A DNA stretch of 64,000 nucleotides from Nitrospirales bacterium (GTDB lineage: Bacteria; Nitrospirota; Nitrospiria; Nitrospirales; UBA8639): contig CBDBCZ010000016.1 of assembly GCA_965203295.1 (NCBI GenBank), positions 1,056,001-1,120,000 of the forward strand. The letters are read 5' to 3'. Positions 1 to 64,000 of the stretch are shown here, one piece after another. The number at the start of each line of letters is the position of its first letter. Within the stretch, counting starts at the first letter, position 1. The translations under genes and the position numbers were made by a program. The notes below the pieces were generated by a model. It made no database searches. It was not told the DNA's origin and was given only the letters and a program-made list of their open reading frames with translations.

Positions 1-4785
<4,785 letters not shown>

Positions 4786-5248
4786 CTGTAGGAATAGAAA
4801 ATAGGTCAGTTATTGTTGATACGTTTTCTTCATAATACGCAAAACATATCACAGTTAGCTTATCAAAAAAAATGGTAGAGGGTGTGGATGTGAGCTAGCT
4901 TAATTATTCATCCATTCACTGTGAGATAATCAGGGTCACTACTGTATTATCCTGACCCCATGTAAGCCTGAGTTTCAACTCTAACCGAATCAGAATTGGT
5001 GTGCAGTATAGCTATAGCAGCAGTGTCGTATATATATTTGTAGCCCTTGAAGCCATACTATCAAAGGCACCGACTGGGCAATATATGCTGTAGTAACCCC
5101 AGAGCAGGGCAATAACAGGTTATTGCCCTGTGGCTTACCACAGAGCAGGGCAATAACATGATATTGCCCTGTGGTTGCAGCTGCACACTTGAAGGAAGCC
5201 ACTGATGGTAAGCTGCGCATGCACTGGAAGCCATAGGGCTACAAATCT

Positions 5249-5399
5249 GTTAAACCACGCCACCTGCAGGCTGTATGGGATTTGATAGCGCACTCGTGCA
5301 ATAACTAATTAGAGCCCTCGGGCTTCGCCCTCGGGCCCTAATTAGTTATTGCACTCGTGCGCTATAAATCCCATACAGCCCTTGGTGGCGTGGTTTAAC
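5249..5399. mobile_element. ~150-bp near-perfect palindromic (hairpin) element with GGGC-TTC-GCCC apex
   Basis: Arms GTTAAACCACGCCACC...AATAACTAATTAG and CTAATTAGTTATT...GGTGGCGTGGTTTAAC are reverse complements, with TC/TC internal mismatches. Confidence 0.7.
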
Positions 5400-5653
5400 T
5401 AATACATAGCTGGAGTCTATGGCAATGCTAACAGAGACTGTAATATGTCCAAACTATGTAGGCTGGTGCAGTATTCGAAGAGCGAGCAAAAGAACTCACA
5501 GAAGAAATGTATTAACAAAGTCTACCACTCCAAGCCAACCCCATGTGTGTCCTCTCAGGAACAACTTCAATGATGCAAATAAGCTTAAAAACATATGCAT
5601 TTGTACCACAGAGCATGGGCATTTGAAAAGCACCTCCACAGTGTCTGTCTGCC

Positions 5654-5833
5654 TTAATATACATTAGCACTTTTCCCCACGCTTATAGCACTCAAAGAAG
5701 GCCACATACAGGGATCATTGCTATACCGGTGTACATTAAATCAGTTAAAGGTCAGTTTGGGTGAGGGGTTAAACTCCTCGGCTTCGCCTCAAACTTTAAA
5801 TTCCCCTCACTCAAACTGACCTTTAACTATTAC
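5654..5833 (+). mobile_element. ~180-bp hairpin-containing insertion (copy 1)
   Basis: Absent from the sibling tandem units, whose empty site reads CTGCC|ATACAA. Internal hairpin at 5743-5828 with a GGC-TTC-GCC apex. Confidence 0.75.
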
Positions 5834-5980
5834 ATACAACACATGGCAGCCCTTTGATCTCCAGGTTGCCAGGCAACTAAGGTTTTCAGTGTTAGTGCTT
5901 GTCAAAAAGAATATCTAGTTAATTGCCTTCTTTGACGTCATAAATGCAATTATTTGTTATAACAGCTTTTGTGATTGTAT

Positions 5981-6168
5981 GTAATAGTTAAAGGTCAGTT
6001 TGGGTGAGGGGAATTTAAAGTCCGAGGCGAAGCTGAGGATTTTAACCCCTCACCCAAACTGACCTTTGACTGATTTAATGTACATTGGTATAGCAATGAT
6101 CCCTGTATGTGGCCTTCTTTGAGTGCTATAAGCGTGGGAAAAAGTGGTTGCCATGGTAATTACATTAA
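5981..6168 (-). mobile_element. ~185-bp hairpin-containing insertion (copy 2, inverted)
   Basis: Reverse complement of 5654-5833. The empty site in sibling units reads TTGTAT|TATAG. Confidence 0.75.
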
Positions 6169-8393
6169 TATGGTTTAGGTACAACTAATTATACCATGCA
6201 CTACTAAAAATAATATTTATTTTCAACAATGGTTTGGTACTGGAGCTGCATCTACATACCATCTTTCATACTGTGGTGATAGGGGAACCATGTTCTGCTT
6301 ATAAAGAACCTTATACATGGCTATCATTGTATGGATAAATATGTCACATGCAGGTTGAAGGTCTGTAGCAACAATAATATTAAGCAAAAACTGTAACATG
6401 TGACAGCATCCATACTACACAGATGATATAGCAAGACAATACTATATATGCAATAGTGGGCAGATAGTCACGCTGTTTATGGTCTGTTTGGAAACTACAG
6501 TAACAGTTAGGCCTAAATTTACAGAAATGGCAGAACAATAATTGTCCTGCCATATTTATGCACTTGTACCATAGCGCATGGACATTTGAAAAGCACCTCC
6601 ACAGTGACTGTCTGCCATACAACACGTGGCAGACTATTGATCTCCAGGTTGCCAGGCAACTAAGGTTTTCAGTGTTAGTGCTTGTCAAAAGGAATATCTA
6701 GTTATTAATTGCCTTCTTTGATGTCATAAATGCAATTATTTTGTTATAACAGCTTTTTTAATTGTATTATAGTTTAGCTACAACTAATTATACCAATGTT
6801 AAAATAATACGTTATTTTAAAATTTACCCGTATGTATGGCACTAAATCTGCATCTACATACCATTTTTCATAATAGGGGAACAATGTCCTGCTGATAATC
6901 AGATTGTTAGAACCTTACATGGCTATCATTGTATGGATAAATCATATCACAGGTTTAAGGTCTGTAGCAACAATTAAGCAAAAACTGTAACATGTGACAG
7001 CATCCATACTACACAGATGATATAGCAAGACAATACTATATATGCAATAGTGGGCAGATAGTCACGCTGTTTATGGTCTGTTTGGAAACTACAGTAACAA
7101 TTAGGCCTAAATTTACAGAAATGGCAGAACAATAATTGTCCTGCCATAATTATGCACTTGTACCATAGCGCATGGGCATTTGAAAAGCACCTCCACAGTG
7201 ACTGTCTGCCATACAACACGTGGCAGACTATTGATCTCCAGGTTGCCAGGCAACTAAGGTTTTCAGTGTTAGTGCTTGTCAAAAGGAATATCTAGTTAAT
7301 TGCCTTCTTTGATGTCATAAATGCAATTATTTTGTTATAACAGCTTTTTTAATTGTATTATAGTTTAGCTACAACTAATTATACCAATGTTAAAATAATA
7401 GGTTATTTTAAAATTTACCTATATGTATGGCACTAAATCTGCATCTACATACCATTTTTCATAATAGGGGAACAATGTCCTGCTGATAATCAGATTGTTA
7501 GAACCTTACATGGCTATCATTGTATGGATAAATCATATCACAGGTTTAAGGTCTGTAGCAACAATTAAGCAAAAACTGCAACATGTGACAGCATCCATAC
7601 TACACAGATGATATAGCAAGACAATACATTGACCTATATAGTGGTCTGATAGTCACGCTGTTTATGTCTGTTTGGGAACTACAGTAAGAGTTAAATTTAC
7701 AGAAAGGGTAAAACAATAATTAGGCTAGGTGATTGACAAAATGAGGCCAGCATAGATCTTACTCAAGGTAACCAAACTATTATCATCTTTAGCAGTGAGA
7801 GCACATGATTCTCTGCACTATTGAGCCAAATGATAACCTAATTTTCCACAAAATTTATAATATTGGGCCGGCGCCTTCGAACAAGGAAAAACTGAAAGTA
7901 AAATTTATATGGCCAGTAGCTAGCTAATTCCTTTTTTAGAAAAAAGAAAAGCAAGTCATTCCTTTTTCCTTTCCTACAAATAAAAAGAAAGAGGAGGCTA
8001 GACTGTATATACTTCATACAGCATGTCTATTATGTATAGTATACTGCAATGCAGGTGTCTCGGCGATTATGCTCGGGCTCTTAGCGGTGTTCATAGGTGC
8101 GCACTTGATATAGCGGCTCTTGATACTCCAAACCAGCAGATTCAACTAACGTACTTTTTGAAGCTTAGTTCGATGTAATTATATTTAGCTACAATTATGT
8201 ACACATGATAACACAGTAGTCACCTTGCGTCACTGAGGCTGCAAGGAAAATTGCGAGCAAAACCACGGCACTGTGTAGCAACATCTCACCATCCGACAAT
8301 ACCGTCTAGTCAATTGCAAACATACATACGACAATAATTATAGTTATGTCATGCGGTTATTAATCCGTACTCTGTACTACTCTCCCGCTTCAA

Positions 8394-8897
8394 TTATTAT
8401 CAGCCGGAGCGCGCGCAGCGCGCGAACGGCTGGTCCTAACGTTTTCCGCGTCTGTTTGTTTGTCTGTTTGTTTGTGCGTCCGCACTTATCACGTGCGCAG
8501 TATATTACGCCATACGTTATACAACTGTAGTATAATTATAGCAGCTTTTGGAGGTTTGCAGGCCAAGCTACAGCAAACGAAGGTAGTTGTGAGTTACCTA
8601 GATGGCGAAAACTTGGTAGGCAGCCGTAAAGATCCTGTTTTAGTGGCGTATAACTACTAACTAGAAGCGCACGACGAAACTGCTGAGTCGGCACTTTCGC
8701 TGAACTGCGCTGTTTCTACAGTATGCCTATAATTTGTAGGTCTGGAAACGTGACTATGCTGTAGTATAGTTACTATAATTCGTAGTTCTACAGCTGCAGT
8801 TAGCTTGGCCTACGATGAGTTGTGTGTAACTTATTGTATAATAAATGTACGGGAAAGGTGCCCGGCTGGTTTTTTAGATATGAAATGTCAGACTTGT
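8394..8897 (+). mobile_element. HINE/DINE-1-like non-autonomous Helentron-type element, family 1
   Basis: 5' hairpin CAGCCG...CGGCTG followed by a (TTTG/TCTG)n microsatellite, a 3' subterminal CCGGCTGG, a short stem-loop and a CTTGT end. An inverted copy lies at 21960-22420. Confidence 0.6.
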
Positions 8898-9503
8898 CTG
8901 TATTAGATTGTACGTCATATATTATGATATATAGCAACTTTCGTCACTCTGTTACATCATAGACACAATTGTGTCTATGGACAGATTAAATGCTCAGTAA
9001 AAAGTAGTGTTGTTTTAGTATGGCTTTACATAATTAGATTTAGTTTTAGTAAAAAAGCTAGTGAAGAAGAAAATTTAGTTTTAGTTTTAGTTAGTTAACT
9101 AAAAGGAAAAAAGGGTTACTAAAAGTGTTTTAGTATTAGTTAACCATAACTAAATGTGGAGATTCTGTTGAAAAAAGTATTAGTTTAGTTATAGTTTATT
9201 CTCAGAGGCCAATACCCTTGAAGTTTTAGTTTTAGTTAGTTAACTAAATGTGTTTTTGCTCCTACTAAAACACATTTTGCTTTTAGTTTCAGTTAACCAA
9301 AAGTAAAAAGGGTGTGTGATACTGAGTGCTGTAGCATTCTTCCTGAGATTTTATCTGGCCCATTAATCATTTTGATTGTGAGACATCAATAGTAAGACTC
9401 CATGCAGGAGGTGTGCCACTTCTTCCTGACAGCATAGAACACCCCCAGGGCATTCATCAGGTATAGTAAAACCAAGACAATTGTGGCTAGTCAGTGGTGG
9501 TAG

Positions 9504-9597
9504 CATAGATAGTAGACTACTATCTATGCTACCACCATAGATAGTAGACTACTATCTATCCCACCACCATAGATAGTAGACTATTATACTATCTATG
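9504..9597. mobile_element. Cluster of three 25-30 bp CATAGA...TCTATG palindromic micro-elements
   Basis: Units at 9504-9528, 9536-9560 and 9568-9597. The cluster is flanked by the direct repeat GTGGTAG (9497-9503 and 9598-9604). Confidence 0.6.
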
Positions 9598-10283
9598 GTG
9601 GTAGCTAGGACTTTGTTAAAGAAAAAACTATTGAGCATCCTTGCCTTGCATGTCTTTATCATTGTTTGCAGTACAATCATCATGAGACAAGATACGTAAG
9701 GACTGCATGACATTGTGCTTTGTTCCTTGCAAAGGTATAATAGTCTTCCAAAACTGCTTATCTGGCTTGATCTGAAGTTGCAAAATTTTAATAATAAACT
9801 AGCTGGCTGAAGTGTGTGGGGTGGAGAGTTGGTTATGTAGGACCTGGCCATGGCATGTAGTTTGGAGTACATACATGCATACATGTATGCAAGGGGAAAG
9901 TCTACATGTAGTTTTGCTGATTACTTGAGCCATGAAACCTTATAAAAAGGCCAGCTAGACTGGGAAAAAAGTGGATGCAAGATATTGGCAACTCTTGGCT
10001 GTGTGAAGAGAAAGTGATTCCAGTCAAACAAACCCTCGATCTGCCTTAAACTGGCATTAAATTTTGTCGAACATGCTGTCCGGTTAGCACAGGTCAAAAC
10101 TATCATTCATAAAGAAAAGCATAATCATCTACAACAAAATCAAGACATTTCTACCATATGAGTAGTCACAACTAGACAGTTATTACAGATCTTAGACACT
10201 GAGAATAACTAAGTGACGCTAATTACAACAGTCATGCACACAAAATCTCTGGTAGCTAGTTACATGTAGTGTCTATCAAATTT

Positions 10284-26402
<16,119 letters not shown>

Positions 26403-26439
26403 AGTCTGTTGCACGCTGTCTCGAGTAGTCTCTTGAGGG

Positions 26440-26610
26440 GGCGGATTGCAAAATAGATTGCCGGTAAAGCACAGCGTAATTGGCGAGGTCAATAGCCTAT
26501 ATTTATAGACTGCGCATGCGCACACGGCAGCAATCAACATAGCTAGAGGCGTGGTCTGGGAGGCTAGCTACTCGTGAAATTGAATGGTGCCTGTCTGTGA
26601 GGTAAAGTTC
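26440..26610. promoter_or_regulatory. Putative bidirectional promoter between ACSBG copies A and B
   Basis: The divergent start codons are about 400 bp apart (26402 and 26806). The region is CpG-rich relative to introns. It contains TATAAATATA on the minus strand (26498-26507), a perfect TGCGCATGCGCA palindrome (26511-26522, NRF1 consensus), a GGCGTGG box (~26548) and a candidate 5'UTR donor GAG|GTAAAG (~26601). Confidence 0.65.
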
Positions 26611-26805
26611 GGCTGCAGCCAGGCTTTCCCGTCTACTACGTAGTCCCATGCTGTATATACTCACTTCAGCAGGAGGCTGATGTACGATGCTGGCTATTAA
26701 ACAGCCATTTGCATGGGACATTGCAACTGTATACCGTTTTTACATCGTTTTTCCATGTCTGTCCTCCTTAGCAGTTGATATTCTAGATTGAGTCGAGCAC
26801 TGGAG

Positions 26806-42590
<15,785 letters not shown>

Positions 42591-42774
42591 CGTGGCATGT
42601 GTTCTGAACCTCACATCTCATTGACAAGAAAATATATAAAGAGTGAATATGTTTTATTATAGTTTTAATTTTTATCCAAGAATAGCCCATAATCATACTA
42701 AGCCACATGTCTGCTGTAACAAAATGTTTTTTTACAAACTGTCAGCTGTTAGCCTCAGGCTCCAATGTGAATAT

Positions 42775-42920
42775 GAACTGATGCGCATGCGCTAAATAGG
42801 GCACGTGTAACAGTCTGGAATGCGAAGTAACCACGCCTATTTTATGTAATAAAGCTGCGATTGCTTGTACGCTTGTACGGCCTGACCTCTTCCCTCGAGC
42901 TTGTGAACAGTAAGGTACAT
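42775..42920 (+). promoter_or_regulatory. Putative promoter / first non-coding exon of ACSBG copy C
   Basis: TGCGCATGCGC at 42782-42792, CACGTG at ~42802, CCACGCC at ~42831, local CpG enrichment and a candidate donor near 42914. The acceptor TAG|ATTGA just before the copy C ATG mirrors that of copy B. Confidence 0.5.
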
Positions 42921-44103
42921 GCGTGTGTTATATATACCTGGATACGTATTTTTATGTTGCATGTTGCATAACGCGACTTCTGAACTTGAAAAGCTGGCGA
43001 CTATAGCCTTTCGGGCCGAGGGTGCACTATCTCTACGGTTGGAGGCACGTGTATGTGTCTTCTGAATTTTAAATTATATGCATCCATGCATGCAAGGTAA
43101 AGGGAGGGGCTTTTCCAGACAGTGTAGGTTCGCTGCTCTTGCCCAACAGCCTTTGGGTAGTTGAGTAAAAGTCAAATTGAGAGTATTACCTATTTTTCTG
43201 ACTACAATATTTAATACTAAAAAGCCCTGAGTCTCTTCTGAATTATAAGTGTCTCCTGGTTACTAGGCTTTGTTGCAATGATTGTTGAATAAAATTACAC
43301 GCAATCGTGATAGTAAGCTTTCTACTACTGCAAGAGCTATAGCACAAGAGACTGTGGTCATTCTATTAGGCTCTACATGTGTGTATCCCAAGTTGGAAGA
43401 AAGGAGTAGTTAGCTACTCTCGTTACAATTACAGCTTTCTCCGCACAGTCTTGTTTCAGACCTTGGAAGCCATGATTGCTGTGTTTGCCTATTATCTATT
43501 GTTTGCCCATATATATAGATAATTGAGCGTATGGAATGCCTCCCCTGTTTGCTGTCGTGTCTTTGTGGCTAGTCAGTAACAGAAGGATCATGTCGCATGG
43601 CTCCTCATCAGTGTGTAGTGTTTCCTAGCCTCGTACCTGGGCCTTCCCTCACAGCTTTTTTTACAGCCATGGAAACGATTTTTTCTACGGCTGCAAAAAA
43701 AAGCTGTGGGGAAAGCCTAGGCTCAAGGCTAGCAGTGTCCTGCTTTCCTCATTGAGAGTATCGCAAATAGATTGCAAAGCACGGCATTGTGTAAGCATCA
43801 CCTGCACTAGTACACGTATGCCTGCATGCCTTTTACTGATCGCTCAACTTCTCCCTGTCATGCTTGATGCTATACATGTATGATTTGCACTGGTTCATCC
43901 ATGAAACGAAGTTGACAATGCAGTAATGTGGTACAATAGCCTCGTTTCCACCATGTAACAAATTCCCCGCTTTTCATACCTCAAACCTGAGGTGGAGGCC
44001 TCTGAACCTGGCTAGTAGTACAACATTTGTATGTGTACGTGTACGTGTTTGTGAATGAGTTGGGAGTGGGGTTAGCCTGTCTCTCTGATCTGCAATGTAC
44101 ATG

Positions 44104-44240
44104 CCAAGGGGCTCCAGTATATAGCTCAATTGGTAAGAGCATCTGACTAGTATTCAGAAGGTCCTGGGTTCAATCCCCAGCTGGGTCCCATTTTTTTTTT
44201 TTCCCGGGATTTCCTTACTCTCTCAGAAAGCTTATCAGCT
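44104..44240 (+). mobile_element. tRNA-Thr(AGT)-derived SINE-like repeat / pseudo-tRNA
   Basis: GGCTCCAG..TAGCTCAATTGGTAAGAGC-A-TCTGA-CTAGTAT-TCAGA-AGGTCCTGGGTTCAATCCCCAG. It has A and B boxes and an anticodon arm with AGT. The acceptor stem is imperfect and there is a TATA insertion. Confidence 0.6.
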
Positions 44241-44414
44241 CTTAAAGAGTTTGCAATGTACATGTATAGTGTCTCCTCTCTCTGTACAACCTGTCCCTTT
44301 TGTCATCTGGTGTTCTTGTCAGCCTGTGACTTGATTTCTTCTCTCTGTATCAGTCTCATCTCTCTGAGATGCCCCTGCTGCAGACCTGCTGTCTCAGCAC
44401 TTTCAGTTTCTATA

Positions 44415-44488
<74 letters not shown>

Positions 44489-44718
44489 CAAGTGCAACCT
44501 GGCCTTTACAAATCATGGTCAGCATGATTTCAGTTGTTTGCCTATAGACATTATCTCTCACTTACTCATGCACACTTTGAAGAATGAGTAATACACTTTA
44601 GATAGTGACAACATGTGAAGATCACATGACAACACATGTGTTGGGGACTGACTGTGGCTCTCCATATAAGTAATTGTTCTTCTCTGTGTATGTAGTGTGC
44701 TTAGATTGAAAACTGAAG

Positions 44719-61623
<16,905 letters not shown>

Positions 61624-61735
61624 GGCAGCATGACTGTGTGGTGAATTTCCCAAACATAAAACTTTGTTATTTTGTTGTTGCTGTTGTTGTTGTTGTTTTT
61701 TTTACACAGGAGATATTTTTGAGTTTTTTGAGGTA

Positions 61736-61741
61736 AATAAA
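61736..61741 (+). other. Candidate polyadenylation signal of copy C
   Basis: AATAAA about 110 nt downstream of the stop codon, followed by T/GT-rich sequence. Confidence 0.4.
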
Positions 61742-62017
61742 TCAAAGGCTAGACAGTTTGTGATTGAATGTATTTTATTATACAATGATTCACTAACTAT
61801 TCGTATTGTACACTCTCCTAACGGAGAGTGGAGCTTAGAACCATCAGAGCTGTACGTAGTCGGCCAACCTGACGAAGTCAAAACTACATGATATACATGT
61901 ACATGTACCGTGTAAGAAATATTGATTTGTCACAGTTTAGGAACAGCTAGCACCTAGGACTGCTGAATGTATCTTGATTCAGAACAATTTAAAGAGTATA
62001 TTGCAAACTCTTCGGAG

Positions 62018-62286
62018 ATGATAAGCTTTCTGAGAGAGTAAAGAAATCCCGCAAAAACGGGACCCAGCTGGGGATTAAACTCTGAATACTATGTATATAG
62101 TCAGATGCTCTTACCAACTGAGCTACTGGAGCCCCTTGGCAGAGGAGCAGTAGGCAAGCTTTATATAGCCACTAAACCCGATAGTAGTACATGTAGGACC
62201 CAGCCAATTCCAACTGTAATTACTCTCTCATTAGGCCTCTCCCACCCCCCCAGCATCTCCTAAACACAATAAACGTGCTACACCCA
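62018..62286 (-). mobile_element. tRNA-Thr-related interspersed repeat (SINE-like)
   Basis: Contains antisense GGGGCTCCAGTAGCTCAGTTGGTAAGAGCATCTGACTA and is similar to 37296-37562. Confidence 0.6.
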
Positions 62287-64000
62287 ATCTTAGTCTGGAT
62301 CAGTCTGCACATTGTGGCAAGTATGGTAATCAAGGCAGCTACATAGCCTTGTTCCCAGACTCTCTGCCCAGATTTTACTACATGCGAAAAAAAGCTGGGC
62401 AGAGAGCCTGGGACTGAGGCTAGAAACATAATATTATAGTCGAAGTCATTGATCGAATAGAAATTCTGTGCATGCCAACCATGTCATCCTTTTGAAAAAG
62501 CGGTGATTGAAGTATAATAGACTTCATGGTAAACTAATTAATTAACAGTACGTGTGGCCTGCAGCTGCAGCTAACGATCACACCCTGATCTGTGTACATA
62601 ACACTTCACTAGCTTAACTCGATCATCTGAGGATGAATTTGGTAAATTAAATGTTATCGACGTGCAGTATACATACAAGCCGGCAAATGTAGCCTCGTTC
62701 CCAGTCTCTGCTCCGGGCCGCTGTTTCTTTGTTATAAAAAGCTGGTGAGCATAAAATGAAACGAGGCTATATTTATAATTAGTAAATGAATATACGACTG
62801 ACGACTACAATGTCATGTATGTATAGCATTATTTTAAGGATGAAAACATACTTATTCAAGAATAAATACAGCAAGCTAGCTAACCAACAATTGGCATGCA
62901 ATGTGGGGGTTTGAAGCATAATAGTAGAATGAGATTAGCTAGCACAACTCCTAAAATGGTGGCTGCTCATGGGCTCTAACAATCATGCTAGCTAGCAATC
63001 TATGCAGGTTATTTTTACAGTCCAAATGGTTGTACATGTATGTCGGCATGCAGTTTAACTTTTTGAACGCCATGGGCACATTTATGTGCCCATATAAAAT
63101 AAAAAAAACATGTACTTTATATTAACGCCTAATATAAAAAGGCCAATATAAATTTACATTAGCCTTATGGATGTACTAAAACTCGGCTGGGAAAGAGTTA
63201 AGTATAGCCTCAAACCCAGGCCTTCGCACAGAAATCAGTGCGTGGTTATAGTTGTACCATGGCTTTGGATGCGTTTGGAGGGTGTAAGTGATTTTTACTC
63301 TGAGGGCAGTTTTAGCTATGTGGCTACTGGATAACCTCGTTCCCAGACCCTCTGTCACCTTAATGGTACGTAGTTACTATGATCTATTTCCAAGCATACC
63401 ACATTTCATCACCCATCGTACCACTCATTGGCTGAAAAGCGTTTACAATAACGATAGACCACACCCACTATGTTACAACACACTTTTTTGATCCCTTGGC
63501 TTCGCCTTGGTATATACCGTAAACTCTGGAGTATAAGTACCCATCACATACAAGTACCCTATAAATATAGGTACCCATGAACCCCGTTGCTATCCACTTC
63601 TTGAATAGTAGTACCATGTAAATAAAAGTACCCAATAAATATAAGTACCCATCAGACAACTAAGTAAACTGGGATGCATAAACAGTGTATGTGTAACTAG
63701 TAAGGCATGAATAGTGAGGACGGTATCAGGTCCGCCTAGGTCTACATCAGAAGGCATATGGGCTGTTGGTGCAGGCATAGAACTGCCTTGCAAGTATACA
63801 CTTCAGTGCAAAGAAAGACTGCTTACATGTAAGACTATTGCTATGACAATCACAGAGTACAGTGAAGTCGAGAAAACACAAAAGTGACTGTCATAACCAA
63901 AACTACAAGTTTAATGTGCATACTGTAACGTTGTAGTACCATATATTTAACCTCATTGAAAAGTACCCCATGATTATAAGTACCCCACATAATCTATGCT

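Larger units (their letters stand above)
5604..7720. repeat. Tandem array of ~595-bp units (about 3.5 copies)
   Basis: The landmark TACAACTAATTATACCA recurs at ~6180, ~6779 and ~7370. The near-identical ORFs 6380-6688 and 6974-7282 reflect the duplication. The first unit is interrupted by two insertions. Confidence 0.9.

Noticed and set aside
6380..7282. Duplicated 102-aa ORFs
   Set aside because: They start at non-ATG codons, have no recognisable motif and simply reflect the tandem ~595-bp repeat.
7740..7850. Candidate first (signal-peptide) exon of the Calx-beta gene
   Set aside because: A GTAAG donor exists, but there is no ATG-initiated hydrophobic leader in the required phase.
44110..44190. 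Functional tRNA-Thr(AGT) gene
   Set aside because: It has an insertion before the D arm, a poor acceptor stem and an altered T loop, and it shares flanks with dispersed degenerate copies, so I treat it as SINE-like.
63485..63515. CCTTGGCTTCGCCTTGG, resembling the hairpin-family apex
   Set aside because: No extended complementary arms around it; at most a decayed remnant.

Overview
Eukaryotic (animal) genomic DNA with spliceosomal GT-AG introns. It is most likely from a demosponge; this is inferred from the Calx-beta gene architecture and repeat style and is not proven. The window holds a cluster of three paralogous bubblegum-family long-chain acyl-CoA synthetase genes (ACSBG-like). Copy A is on the minus strand (10284-26402), head-to-head with copy B (26806-42590), and copy C follows in tandem (44719-61623). 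I reconstructed all exons by hand, with consistent splice phases. The 5' part of a Calx-beta-domain extracellular protein gene runs off the left edge on the minus strand. Introns and intergenic DNA are dense with MITEs, HINE/DINE-like elements, tRNA-derived SINEs, mini- and microsatellites. Most notable observations: (1) copy A lacks the exon that supplies the start of the AMP-binding motif; (2) the paralogs show patchwork homogenisation that spares the substrate-gate exons; (3) (CA)n tracts replace the polypyrimidine tract at six acceptors; (4) a family of strand-asymmetric hairpin insertions carries GAA triloops and tandem GA mismatches and has no target-site duplication; (5) 25-30 bp palindromic micro-elements carry 7-bp target-site duplications; (6) NRF1-type palindromes sit at both inferred promoters.
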